From contig OZ250150.1 in the NCBI GenBank assembly GCA_965237675.1, positions 1,280,001 to 1,344,000 on the forward strand: a DNA stretch of 64,000 nt, in the 5' to 3' direction. The notes beneath the pieces are model-generated. The model did not search any database, was not told where the DNA came from, and worked only from the letters and a program-made list of their open reading frames with translations. The position numbers were made by a program, and so were the translations under genes. The DNA comes from Candidatus Latescibacterota bacterium (GTDB taxonomy: Bacteria > Latescibacterota > UBA2968 > GCA-2709665). Shown here one piece after another: positions 40,090-49,771 of this stretch. Every line of letters starts with the position of its first letter. Within the stretch, counting starts at the first letter, position 1.

Positions 40090-42012
40090 ATGAGCGGACG
40101 GAAACGCAAACGACTTTGGGTAGGATTGGGGCTAATCGGCCTCTTGGGGACCTGCCTGGTTCTGGACTCGCGGCTTGTCAAAGGGGAAGACGGGTACGCC
40201 ACTGTTTCACGTAGTATAGACGAATACGCCGAAACGCTGAAACTGCTGACGACAAGCTACTATAAACCCCTGGCATCCGACTCGCTCACGACGTCCGCCA
40301 TTGAAGGCATGCTGGACGCACTGGATCCGTATACGCAAATCCTCAATCGGCGCGGTTTCGAAGATCTTATGATCGATACCCGGGGCAAATTTGGCGGTTT
40401 GGGCATCACCATCAGCACCATGAAGAAGAATGGCGTCGAAGTGCCCGTCGTTCTGAGTGTGATCGAAGGTACGCCCGCAGACACGTCCGGACTGGTGGTC
40501 GGCGATCGGATCGTTGCGGTGGATGGCGATCCCACGCTCAATAAGAAATTAGAGGAAGTGGTGGATGTGCTGCGTGGAAGGCCGGGCAATCGGGTCGTGA
40601 TTACAATTGACCGAGCGGGTCAGCCCGAGCCGTTCGACCAGGAGATTATCCGGGCGCACATTCGTGTAAAAAGTGTCGCTAGCATTGTAGGAATTGAAGG
40701 CGGCGTCGGTTACATCGCGATGTCCGGTCTGATTAGCAGCCGGTTCTCGGAAACCACCCCCGCGGAGCTGAAGGCGGCAGTCGATGAACTGAAAGCGAAG
40801 AACATGCAGGGCATTATCCTGGACTTGCGGGGAAATCCGGGCGGGTTGCTGGCGCAGGCCGTCGCGGTTGCCGACGTGTTTCTGGAACCCGGTCTTCTGG
40901 TTGTCACCACCAGGGGCCGGGTGGAATCCCAAAATAAGGAGTACCGTACAAAAGAAGGGTCTCGGGTTAAGGATATTCCACTGGTGGTTCTGGTCAATGC
41001 ACACAGCGCCAGCGCTTCGGAAATTGTTGCGGGCGCGATTCAGGACTCGGACCGCGGCTTAATCCTGGGGGTACCGACCTTTGGAAAGGGATCTGTGCAG
41101 TCCTTCCAGAGGGTTAGCGAGGGAAAAGCGCTGAAATGGACAACGGCCCTCTACTATACGCCCAGCGGGCGGAGCATCCACAAAAACAGACGGTTTGGAC
41201 GGCTGGGCAACCTGGCGCTGAACGTGGGGGACTCTAAGGTGCCTCTGTACCAAACGGTTGCGACGATTGCCGGGGAAGAGAGTCGGGAGGACGCCATCAC
41301 GCGGCTTTTCGAACAGTTCGATCTGGAATCCACAAAGCACGCGGAGGAGCTTTTCGAGATGGAACTGGGGCAGGTGCTGGGGATGGCGTTGAGAGAGGAT
41401 GGCGTTGATTCCGAGTTGTCCGACCCGGCCAGAGCCTTCAAGACCGTTGGGGGGCGCACGGTTTACGGCGGAGGCGGTATCACACCCGACGTGGTGGTGA
41501 AGCCGAAGCGCAGGCCACGGCTTGTACTCGAAATGTACAGAGCCGGACTCTTTTTCGATTTTGCCGTTGAATACGCCGCGCGGAACATGTTTCCGAAGCG
41601 TCCGGAGGGATTTGACGTGGGGGATAAGGAAATCGCCGCGTTCCGGGCATTTCTCGCAGACTCGTCGAATCTCGGGAACTTCAGCCGTTACCGAACGCCG
41701 GCCGGAAACGAACTCGAGAGTCTGACCCGGGCGCTGGCGTCCGCAGGCCTGGAGGCGAATGCGGGCCAGGCATTGGAAGTCCTGCGGAACGTTGTTGAAA
41801 CGGAACGGGAGGCGGAATTTGAAGAGGCCGAACCGTTTATCATGCTGGAAATAGGCAGGCAACTGGGAAATCGGGTCTGGGGCAAGAAGGGGCGTATTCT
41901 GGCGCGGCTAAGGGGTGATGAGCAGTATCGTGAGGCCGTCCGGATTCTCAAAGATCCCGAACGGTACAGAAAGAGCATGAAGTTGGCGCTTGCCGGAGAG
42001 AGCGGGCCCTGA
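40090..42012 (+). CDS. ctpA: S41A carboxyl-terminal processing protease (PDZ)
   Basis: LDPYT, G.FGGLGI, LDLRGNPGGLL, SASASEIVAGA.QD, TFGKGSVQ, YYTPSGRSI. Confidence 0.93.
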   Translation: MSGRKRKRLWVGLGLIGLLGTCLVLDSRLVKGEDGYATVSRSIDEYAETLKLLTTSYYKPLASDSLTTSAIEGMLDALDPYTQILNRRGFEDLMIDTRGKFGGLGITISTMKKNGVEVPVVLSVIEGTPADTSGLVVGDRIVAVDGDPTLNKKLEEVVDVLRGRPGNRVVITIDRAGQPEPFDQEIIRAHIRVKSVASIVGIEGGVGYIAMSGLISSRFSETTPAELKAAVDELKAKNMQGIILDLRGNPGGLLAQAVAVADVFLEPGLLVVTTRGRVESQNKEYRTKEGSRVKDIPLVVLVNAHSASASEIVAGAIQDSDRGLILGVPTFGKGSVQSFQRVSEGKALKWTTALYYTPSGRSIHKNRRFGRLGNLALNVGDSKVPLYQTVATIAGEESREDAITRLFEQFDLESTKHAEELFEMELGQVLGMALREDGVDSELSDPARAFKTVGGRTVYGGGGITPDVVVKPKRRPRLVLEMYRAGLFFDFAVEYAARNMFPKRPEGFDVGDKEIAAFRAFLADSSNLGNFSRYRTPAGNELESLTRALASAGLEANAGQALEVLRNVVETEREAEFEEAEPFIMLEIGRQLGNRVWGKKGRILARLRGDEQYREAVRILKDPERYRKSMKLALAGESGP

Positions 42013-42131
42013 TCGCGGAACACGTGGCGCAATTCTTATTGGGTTAACGGAAGTGCGTTCCATTGAGACTCCATACGAAAATCGCGAGACGTTTCAGTCT
42101 TGGAGTCCGGGATCCGGCATGGAGTTTTGGC

Positions 42132-42160
42132 TTGCCAATTTTCAATGCGTGGTTTATACT
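42132..42160 (+). promoter_or_regulatory. sigma70 promoter; TCAATGCGTGG occurs in the spacer and again at 42220
   Basis: TTGCCA-N17-TATACT. Confidence 0.65.
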
Positions 42161-42239
42161 TAGAGCGCTGGATAGAATTCAAGTACTTTAAGAAACAATA
42201 GCTTAGAACGTCGACATCGTCAATGCGTGGGTGGAGATA

Positions 42240-42686
42240 ATGGACGGATCAAACGGCGAACGGGACAATCTTTACGAACAGGTGCTGGAGCACGCCCGGC
42301 GGGAAATAGATGCCTCCGCCTCTCAGGTTGAGGAACTGAGGCGCACGCTCGGCCTTCTTGAAGCACGCGTCGAGGCGGCGAAAGCGGTATACGAGGCCGC
42401 TGCCGCGCGTCTGAATCTGGAAGATGAATCGGATGGTCAGGGTCTTTCGGTTTCGGATACATTGTCATCCGTTCAGGCGCTTCTGTCTGTTGACGAACCC
42501 GCCGTGCCGCGGTCTCGCGCCCGAACCCCGCTGCCCGCCGGGGTGGAGGCCGGGGAACAGAGCGGCGAGTCCGGCGACACGCGAGAACCGTGGCGGCAGC
42601 TGCAGATCGGCGGATCCACCGTGGTTTGGAAAAGAGTGAAGAGGCCGAAGCGGCGTCAGCGCCAGAGCGGGGGCCGGACATCCTGA
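42240..42686 (+). CDS. Hypothetical protein: N-terminal coiled coil, disordered basic tail
   Basis: GGAG SD, own promoter, heptad-like aa 10-60. Confidence 0.65.
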   Translation: MDGSNGERDNLYEQVLEHARREIDASASQVEELRRTLGLLEARVEAAKAVYEAAAARLNLEDESDGQGLSVSDTLSSVQALLSVDEPAVPRSRARTPLPAGVEAGEQSGESGDTREPWRQLQIGGSTVVWKRVKRPKRRQRQSGGRTS

Positions 42687-42732
42687 GCTTTTGCAGCCGC
42701 GCGAAGACCGCCGGGGGTTTTGAGACAGCTTC
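42687..42732 (-). mobile_element. Truncated copy (one end) of the 33800 MITE
   Basis: Reverse complement GAAGCTGTCTCAAAACCCCCGGCGGTCTTCGCGCGGCTGCAAAAGC differs from 33800-33845 at two positions. Confidence 0.85.
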
Positions 42733-42956
42733 TCCAGGCGAAACCCGGATGCCGGGGCAGGGAATGTCATTTAATGGCACATTCCCTCTTTTTTTGCTAT
42801 CTTACATTTGCGACGGGCCAGCGCGTTGTTTCGGGCAATGTTGCAGGTTTCGACGCCATCCTTTCGCGCCCTTACCGCGACAATTAGCCGACAACGGGTA
42901 TCCGTGCCCGCCATCAATGAGTCGTTTTCGGACACCACCCTGTCAGGTGATCACGT

Positions 42957-44405
42957 ATGGGAATCTGTGCAAGAGAAAAACCGATTGAAGAGACGGATGC
43001 GAAGGAGCGCAGCCTCTGTATTGACAGGATGACGCCCTCTGGCGGCCTGTATACGGATGTCCGGCGCGCGGTGCATCCCAACTCGAACAGTCCGTGGCGG
43101 GTATCGCCCGAACCGTTCTGGATGCCGCAGCGGGTTATAGACGACCTGGAACGGCTGGGCCGTCATCTGTACGATTTCTATAAGGCCTGCAACCTTCTGT
43201 ATTCTCAGAGCGTCAGGAATATTCAACCCGCCTGGGTAGCGGCTTACCTGGACCAGGGAAAGCCGGAAACCGTGATCGGATACGGTCGGATGAACCGTTT
43301 CAAGCAGCATCTGCCCCTGGTGATCCGGCCGGACCTCATTCCAACACCGAAGGGAACGATCGCTTCGGAGTTGGATTCGGTCCCGGGGGGCATCGGGTTT
43401 ACGGCCAGCCTGGCGGAACGGTACGGCCGATTCGGGTTTGAAATTGTGGGTGGTTCCGACGGAATGGTGAACGGATTCATAGGGATGGTACGGTCGGTTG
43501 CCGGGATGGGGGAGCCGGTACTGGGCGTAGTGGTTTCTGAGGAATCATCCGGCTACCGTCCCGAAATGACCTGGTTGGGTGAAGCCTTGAACCGCGCCGG
43601 ACTTGAGACCTATGTTGTGCGCCCCGACGAGGTGTTTTTCAGCGAGGCCGGGCTGTTCGTAAATGGCGCGGACGGAAGGCGGCAGATCGATGTGCTTTAC
43701 CGGTTTTTTGAATTGTTCGACCTGAAAAATATCCCGAAGATGGATCTGATACTCTATGCCATTCGAAAGGGAACGGTAAAAGCAACACCGCCGCTGAAGC
43801 CCCATCTGGAAGAGAAAATGCTTATGGCCCTGTTCCACCACCCCCTTTTGCGTTCGTTCTGGCTCCGCGAACTTGGAGACGAAGGGGTGGATTTCCTGAT
43901 GCAGACCTTTCCGAAAACGTGGATTCTGGACCCGCGTCCCCTGCCGCCGCACGGCGTCATTCCAGGATTGAAGGTAGACGGCCGGGTTTTCGGGAACTGG
44001 CACGCCCTCGGCTCTTTAAGACAGAAACAGCGCCATTTTGTCATCAAACCGTCCGGGTTCTCGGATCAGGCCTGGGGAAGCCGGGGCGTCGCGGTCGGCC
44101 ACGATATGTCCGAGGCGGACTGGCAGGCGACCATCGGGTCCGCGATCGCCGATTATTACAAGTCGCCCCATATTCTGCAGGAGTTCCACACGGGTTCCCG
44201 CTTTTCGGTGGCGTACTACGATTTCGAGTCGGATCGCATGATGCGCCTCAAAGGGCGGGTGCGTATCCAGCCTTACTATTTCGTTTTGGACGGGCAGCCC
44301 GTGTTGTCGGGCGTGCAAGCCACGGTTTGTCCGCCGGACAAGAAAGTATTGCACGGGATGGTCGATGCGGTGGTGATGCCGGGTGGGGTGGGCAATCCAG
44401 GGTGA
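42957..44405 (+). CDS. Putative ATP-grasp ligase (glutathionylspermidine-synthase/circularly permuted ATP-grasp-like)
   Basis: IRPDL.......SELDS.PGG, IDVLYRF, EEK..MA, VIKPS.....WGSRGV..G, ILQEF. Start uncertain. Confidence 0.65.
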   Translation: MGICAREKPIEETDAKERSLCIDRMTPSGGLYTDVRRAVHPNSNSPWRVSPEPFWMPQRVIDDLERLGRHLYDFYKACNLLYSQSVRNIQPAWVAAYLDQGKPETVIGYGRMNRFKQHLPLVIRPDLIPTPKGTIASELDSVPGGIGFTASLAERYGRFGFEIVGGSDGMVNGFIGMVRSVAGMGEPVLGVVVSEESSGYRPEMTWLGEALNRAGLETYVVRPDEVFFSEAGLFVNGADGRRQIDVLYRFFELFDLKNIPKMDLILYAIRKGTVKATPPLKPHLEEKMLMALFHHPLLRSFWLRELGDEGVDFLMQTFPKTWILDPRPLPPHGVIPGLKVDGRVFGNWHALGSLRQKQRHFVIKPSGFSDQAWGSRGVAVGHDMSEADWQATIGSAIADYYKSPHILQEFHTGSRFSVAYYDFESDRMMRLKGRVRIQPYYFVLDGQPVLSGVQATVCPPDKKVLHGMVDAVVMPGGVGNPG

Positions 44406-44425
44406 GGTCTTGAGGGGGTCGCCTT

Positions 44426-45280
44426 ATGAGTGAAGATACGGGAGCCAGGCACTTGCAGGCTGAAGAAAAACTGCGGCGGCTCGAGAACCTCCTCGAGCGG
44501 ATGGGGAGCGTCGTCGTGGCGTTCTCAGGGGGTGTGGACAGCACGTTTCTGGCCGCGGCGGCGCACAGGGCGCTGGGAACGAAGGCGCTGGCGGTGACGG
44601 CGGTTTCGGCCAGCTACGCTACAGGAGAACTCGAGAACGCGCAGGCTCTCGCGGCACGGATCGGTATTTCGATGGAAGTGGTCCACACGCGGGAAATGGA
44701 GAATCCGGACTACGTAAAAAACGAGCCCGACCGATGCTATCATTGCAAGACGGCGTTGGCAGACAAGCTGGATGAAGTCCTCGAAAAGTATGGGGGACGG
44801 TATCGATTTCTGATTTACGGGGCCATCGCGGACGACTTGGGTGACTTCAGGCCAGGCATGAGGGCAGCCCAGGACCGGGGGGTCCGGGCGCCGATGGTCG
44901 AGGTGGGCCTGACAAAAGAAGACATTCGGCTGTTGTCCAGAATCTGGGGCTTGCCCACCTGGGATCAGCCAGCGTCGGCGTGCCTGTCATCCCGCATATC
45001 CTATGGTACGCCCGTCACCGCGGAAGCGCTGTCGATGGTTGACCGGGCAGAGGCCTTTCTCAAAATGCAGGGATTCAGCCTGGTCCGGGTGAGGCACCAT
45101 AACGATATCGCCCGCATTGAAGTTCCGCCCGAAGAGATCGGCCGATTTTTTCTGGATGGACTCGTCGACCGGGTCGTGGCGCAGTTGAAAGAAATCGGAT
45201 ACCGGTACGTCACGGTGGATCTGCAGGGGTACCGAAGTGGGAGTCTGAATGAAACGTTACTGACCATTCGGGGCAAGTAA
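44426..45280 (+). CDS. larE: ATP-dependent sulfur transferase LarE family
   Basis: PP-loop AFSGGVDS, DRCYHCK, D.RPG..A, ACLSSRI.YG, RVRHH..IARIEV, GYRSGS.N. Confidence 0.92.
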   Translation: MSEDTGARHLQAEEKLRRLENLLERMGSVVVAFSGGVDSTFLAAAAHRALGTKALAVTAVSASYATGELENAQALAARIGISMEVVHTREMENPDYVKNEPDRCYHCKTALADKLDEVLEKYGGRYRFLIYGAIADDLGDFRPGMRAAQDRGVRAPMVEVGLTKEDIRLLSRIWGLPTWDQPASACLSSRISYGTPVTAEALSMVDRAEAFLKMQGFSLVRVRHHNDIARIEVPPEEIGRFFLDGLVDRVVAQLKEIGYRYVTVDLQGYRSGSLNETLLTIRGK

Positions 45281-45322
45281 TCATCACCGCGGAAGACGGC
45301 CAACATCCACGGAATCTGAACA

Positions 45323-45919
45323 ATGGCTCTGCTCGAGATAAAAAAATTCGGGTGTCCGACACTCAGAAGGAAGGCGCAACCGGTTGAGGCCGTTACGGAA
45401 GAGGTGCAGAAACTTGTGGACGATATGTTCGAGACGATGTATGCGGCGGAAGGAATCGGGCTGGCGGCCCCCCAGATAGGCGTAAGCCGGCGCGTCGTGG
45501 TTCTGGACGTGAGCCCCAGCGACCCGGCGGTCGAAACAATGGTGTTGATCAACCCGGAATTGGCCCGGGGAGAGGGGGAGGTCGTGGGCGAAGAGGGGTG
45601 CCTGAGCCTGCCGGGGGTTGTCGGAGATGTAAAACGCTGGGCGCAGGTGCATGTAAACGCCCTGGATCGGGACGGCAACGTTGTCAGTGGGGTGATGACG
45701 GATATTGCCGCCCGCGCGGTTCAACACGAGGTCGATCATCTGAACGGCGTTCTGGTGACGGACCATTTCAGCGCAATCAAACGGAATCTTCTTCGCGGCC
45801 AACTCGTTACCTTGAAGCGAGAAGGCAGCCGCCAGCGGCGAGGGTTGACGTACCTGGAAGCAATCCGTCCGGCCAGCGCGGAAGGCGGCCGTCCGAGTAA
45901 ACCGAAGGTCGGGCCATGA
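45323..45919 (+). CDS. def: Peptide deformylase
   Basis: GIGLAAPQIG, EGCLS, QHEVDHLNG. Confidence 0.97.
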   Translation: MALLEIKKFGCPTLRRKAQPVEAVTEEVQKLVDDMFETMYAAEGIGLAAPQIGVSRRVVVLDVSPSDPAVETMVLINPELARGEGEVVGEEGCLSLPGVVGDVKRWAQVHVNALDRDGNVVSGVMTDIAARAVQHEVDHLNGVLVTDHFSAIKRNLLRGQLVTLKREGSRQRRGLTYLEAIRPASAEGGRPSKPKVGP

Positions 45920-46746
45920 ACCCGCATATTGACCTTCATCTGCACTCGACATGCTCTGACGGTACATTCACTCCCCGTGAAGTGGTGCGTCGGGCCGCAG
46001 ACGCCGGACTCAGCTTGATCAGTCTGACAGATCACGATTCGACCGAAGGTGTTTCCGCGGCGCAGGCAGAAGGCGAACGGCTGGGTGTCGAGGTGGTGCC
46101 AGGGACCGAGTTGAGTGCCCAGGCCGACGGCACCGACGTGCATATCCTGGGGTACTTTATAGATCCCAATCATCCGGACCTGATTGCCTGTCTTGAAACC
46201 TATCGAAACGCGAGGTTGCTGCGGGCAGAACGAATAGTGATAAAGCTGAATCGTATGGGGTTACGGGTGTCCATGGAGCAGGTCCTTGCGCGGGCGGGTT
46301 CCGGCTCGATCGGACGTCCGCACATCGCCGATGTGATGATGGAAGAAGGCCTGGTTTTCACCGTCGACGAAGCGTTTCATAGGTACCTGGGTTATTCGAA
46401 ACCGGCTTATCAAAGCAAACATTCGTTGTCCCCGTTGCGGGCTATTCAGGTAATCAGGGCCGCGGGCGGGCTGGCCTGTCTTGCGCATCCGGGGCTGTAC
46501 CGAAGGGACGATCTGATTTCGTCAATGGTCTCAGACGGGCTGGATGGCATCGAGGTGCGACACACCAAGCACAACGCCTCGCAGGTCGCTCGGTATTCGA
46601 AGATTGCGAGGCGGCACAACCTGTTATGCTCCGGCGGCTCCGACTGCCACGGCGACGGCAGGGGGGATCCGGTGATCGGGAGCGTCGAGGTGCCGATATC
46701 CTATGTCGAGGCGATGCGGGAGCGGCTGAAAACCGGAGAAACCTGA
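45916..46746 (+). CDS. PHP-domain phosphoesterase (TrpH/YciV-like)
   Basis: DLHLHS..SDG, TDHD, GRPHIA, LAHP, GGSD.HG. Confidence 0.92.
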   Translation: MNPHIDLHLHSTCSDGTFTPREVVRRAADAGLSLISLTDHDSTEGVSAAQAEGERLGVEVVPGTELSAQADGTDVHILGYFIDPNHPDLIACLETYRNARLLRAERIVIKLNRMGLRVSMEQVLARAGSGSIGRPHIADVMMEEGLVFTVDEAFHRYLGYSKPAYQSKHSLSPLRAIQVIRAAGGLACLAHPGLYRRDDLISSMVSDGLDGIEVRHTKHNASQVARYSKIARRHNLLCSGGSDCHGDGRGDPVIGSVEVPISYVEAMRERLKTGET

Positions 46747-46833
46747 GGATGCGATGCAGGAACGCGGAAAACGCGGGCACTTGCCAGGCGCACCGCCGGC
46801 ATCACGACTTTCGAGTCTGGATGGAACCAGCCA

Positions 46834-47814
46834 ATGCGGTCGGGAAATGTCTTTTTTGACGAAGACCGGGCCGATCTCTATTTCCTGAATACCCGAGAAG
46901 TGTTATCTCGCGAGGAGATCGATCCCGTTGTGGCGATGGAGGTGTTTCCGAACGGGAATGGTATCCTTTGCGGTATGGCAGAGGTGCTGGAGAACCTCGC
47001 GTCGGTGTGGGCCGATGACACGTCCGTATGGGCGCTGGGCGAGGGCCAGACGATGTCCCGCAAGGAGGTCGTGCTTCGGATTCGGGCCCGTTACAGCAGT
47101 TTTGGTATCTTCGAGACCGCTTTTCTCGGCACGCTTGCCCAGAAAAGCGGCTGGGCGACGGCGGCGCGGACGTGCGTGGCGGCCGCAGCGGGCATTCCGG
47201 TCATCAGCTTTGGCGCGCGGCACGTCCACCCGGCGATTTCCGATCACATGGAGTATTCGGCCATGGTGGGAGGGTGCTCCGGTTGCGCCACGCCGGCGGG
47301 GGCGCGGTTGGCCGGCCGGGAGGCGACGGGCACCATGCCCCACGCACTGATGTTAATCATGGGAGACACGTTGACCGCCGCCCAGGCCTTCGACCGGCAT
47401 ATGCCGGAGTCGATCCGGCGGATTGTGCTGGTGGATACATTTATGGATGAGGCGGACGAAAGTGTTCGGTTGGCCCGGGCGATGGGAGGACGGCTGCTGG
47501 GCGTGCGCCTGGACACACCCTCTGAACTGGGTGGCGTGACCCCCGATCTCGTGGGTCGGGTTCGAAACCGGCTGGATCGCTCTGGTCGTCCGGATGTGAA
47601 GATCTACGTAAGCGGTGGGATGACGCCGGAACGGATCCGGGAATTCGTAGAGGCCGGGTCCGCGGTGGATGGGTTCGGCGTGGGCAGCGCAATCAGTGGA
47701 GCGCCCCCGATCGACTTTACGGCGGATATCAAAGCCGTTGGAACGCGGACCGTAGCGAAGCGGGGGCGGAGGGCGGGGGTGACGGAGAACGCCAGGCTGA
47801 GCCGCGTGCGTTGA
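46834..47814 (+). CDS. pncB: Nicotinate phosphoribosyltransferase (short type)
   Basis: D.YF..T, SG.AT.A, SFGAR..HP, GTMPHA, LVDTF, VRLDTP, SGG, FGVGS.I, AKRG. Confidence 0.85.
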   Translation: MRSGNVFFDEDRADLYFLNTREVLSREEIDPVVAMEVFPNGNGILCGMAEVLENLASVWADDTSVWALGEGQTMSRKEVVLRIRARYSSFGIFETAFLGTLAQKSGWATAARTCVAAAAGIPVISFGARHVHPAISDHMEYSAMVGGCSGCATPAGARLAGREATGTMPHALMLIMGDTLTAAQAFDRHMPESIRRIVLVDTFMDEADESVRLARAMGGRLLGVRLDTPSELGGVTPDLVGRVRNRLDRSGRPDVKIYVSGGMTPERIREFVEAGSAVDGFGVGSAISGAPPIDFTADIKAVGTRTVAKRGRRAGVTENARLSRVR

Positions 47815-47867
47815 CGGAGCGATTTCACAGCCGTCTGATATTCCAACTACAGGGGTGGAGAAGGGCG

Positions 47868-48128
47868 ATGGAGGTCAAGGTACTTTTTTTTGCGTCGTGC
47901 AGGGATCTTGTTGGAAAACGCGAGGCGTCGATTTCGCTGCCCGAAGGTGCCGGTGTGGCCGACCTGCTGGCGCGGTTGGCGGCCGATCAACCCCGGTTGC
48001 TGGAAATGGAAGCCAGCCTGATGGTGTCGGTCAACCAGGCGTACGTGGATAGATCTCAGCGGCTTAATGATGGCGACGAGGTGGCGTTTATCCCGCCGGT
48101 AAGCGGAGGAAGCGCCGATGGCCGGTGA
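47868..48128 (+). CDS. moaD: MoaD/ThiS ubiquitin-like sulfur carrier with a 5-aa extension after GG
   Basis: V.VLFFA..RD..G...VN..Y.....L.DGDEVAFIPPVSGG-SADGR. Confidence 0.9.
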   Translation: MEVKVLFFASCRDLVGKREASISLPEGAGVADLLARLAADQPRLLEMEASLMVSVNQAYVDRSQRLNDGDEVAFIPPVSGGSADGR

Positions 48129-48570
48129 TCTGTACCGGATTCAGGAGGATCCCATACCAGCCGATGCGCTGCACGACGCTGTGCTGAGAGATTCGGATGG
48201 CGCGGTGGCGACGTTTGCCGGGGTGGTGCGGAACCATGCAATGGGCCGCCAGACCAGATATCTGGTGTACGATGCCTACAAAGAGATGGCCGAGAAGAAG
48301 ATGTCGGAGATTGGCGGGGAGGTCAGGGAAAAGTGGGAGGTGGATGCTGTTGGCATGCTGCATCGTTTGGGACGCCTGGAGATTGGCGAGATCAGTGTGT
48401 TGATTGCGATATCCGCGCCGCACCGGAAGGCCGCTCTGGAGGCCTGTCACTACGCGATTGACCGCTTGAAGGAAACGGTGCCCATCTGGAAAAAAGAGGT
48501 GTGGACGGACGGAGAAGAATGGATTGAAGGCGATCCGTCGGCGTCTCATGGGATAGCGGGCAGCAGATAG
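48118..48570 (+). CDS. moaE: Molybdopterin synthase catalytic subunit
   Basis: GAV.TF.G.VR, Y.AY..MA, HRLG.L.IGE, HR..A..AC...ID.LK..VPIWKKE. Confidence 0.96.
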   Translation: MAGDLYRIQEDPIPADALHDAVLRDSDGAVATFAGVVRNHAMGRQTRYLVYDAYKEMAEKKMSEIGGEVREKWEVDAVGMLHRLGRLEIGEISVLIAISAPHRKAALEACHYAIDRLKETVPIWKKEVWTDGEEWIEGDPSASHGIAGSR

Positions 48571-48767
48571 CTGTCAGCGGTCAGCAATCAGCTTACAGCG
48601 GTCGGCAATACGGCCCAGCGATGGCAATTTACGGATGTCTGGTTTTTGTAGGGGCGGTTCGCGAACCGCCCTGTCTTTAGCGTCCAACAGACAGCTGTCA
48701 GCCGTCCGCGATGTGGACAGTCGATGTTAATTCATTTTGTAGGGGCGACCGGCCGGTCGCCCCTACA
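48564..48767 (+). repeat. Composite REP-bearing repeat, copy D, with two REP hairpins
   Basis: CAGC tract and ATACGGCCCAGCG core, GTAGGGGCGGTTCGCGAACCGCCC (48648-48671), and the perfect 30-bp palindrome TGTAGGGGCGACCGGCCGGTCGCCCCTACA (48738-48767). Confidence 0.85.
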
Positions 48768-48800
48768 GATACCGCGCAGCGGTCCTGCCCGGTCTACCAA

Positions 48801-49697
48801 ATGACCTTACAGTCCCGGAGCACAACCGATCATTCGCCTTTCCGAATTTCCCCGGCCCTTTGCCATCTGTTGGGCATCACGGTGTTGGTTCTAGGCGTTT
48901 CTGCCGCAGTGGAGGCGGCGGCGTCGGACTCGAGCACGCTCCGGACGGCATCCGGTGACAGTATCGTCACATCTTATGCGGATTCGGCGATCGCGGGGAA
49001 GCCGCGTCGCTACACATACCGCGTAGTACATACGTATCCGCACGATCCCGGCGCATTTACGCAGGGCCTCGTCTATGAAGATGGATATTTGTACGAGGGA
49101 ACGGGGCTTTTCGGGCGGTCCTCGTTGCGCAAGGTCGTACTGGAAACGGGCAAAGTTACGCGGATGCATCCGCTGGAATCCCGGCTTTTCGGAGAAGGAA
49201 TAACAATATTCGGAAATCGTATCATTCAGCTGACCTGGGTGGCCCGGACCGGATTTGTCTACGATAAGGAACGGTTCGAGCGGTTGCGGTCTTTCACCTA
49301 TTCCACCGAGGGGTGGGGGATAACGCACGACGGCCGGCGGTTGATCGTGAGCGACGGGTCGTCGACCCTGTATTTTAGAAATCCCGAGACGCTTGAGGAG
49401 GTCGGACGGGTTGAGGTCCGGGACGATATGGGTCCGGTAACCCGGCTGAATGAATTGGAATTCGTTGAAGGCGAAGTCTACGCGAATGTATGGGAAACGG
49501 ATCTGATCGCCAGGATCGATCCGGAGTCCGGCGGGGTGGTGGGCTGGATCGACCTGACCGGGTTGTTGGAGGGACGGGAGCGACTCGGCGCGGATGCCAC
49601 GTTGAACGGAATAGCCTACGATTCAACGAGAAAGCGCCTGTTTGTGACCGGGAAACGATGGCCGAAGCTGTTCGAGATCGAAACGGTGCCTAGGTAA
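48801..49697 (+). CDS. Glutaminyl-peptide cyclotransferase (bacterial/plant type), exported
   Basis: YPHD..AFTQGL, FGEGIT, EGWGIT, LNELE, NGIAYD, VTGK.WP..FE. Start uncertain. Confidence 0.93.
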   Translation: MTLQSRSTTDHSPFRISPALCHLLGITVLVLGVSAAVEAAASDSSTLRTASGDSIVTSYADSAIAGKPRRYTYRVVHTYPHDPGAFTQGLVYEDGYLYEGTGLFGRSSLRKVVLETGKVTRMHPLESRLFGEGITIFGNRIIQLTWVARTGFVYDKERFERLRSFTYSTEGWGITHDGRRLIVSDGSSTLYFRNPETLEEVGRVEVRDDMGPVTRLNELEFVEGEVYANVWETDLIARIDPESGGVVGWIDLTGLLEGRERLGADATLNGIAYDSTRKRLFVTGKRWPKLFEIETVPR

Positions 49698-49771
49698 AGA
49701 CGGAACGGTCGTTCGGGACGTGGGCCCCCAGGCCCGGTGGGAGATGTCAGAGGCACGGTGAAAGCCGTGCC

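Noticed and set aside
40203-40218. Third parS candidate TGTTTCACGTAGTATA in ctpA
   Set aside because: Only one half-site matches.
46747-46833. Nicotinamidase (pncA) remnant before pncB
   Set aside because: Too short, and no catalytic motif is recognisable.
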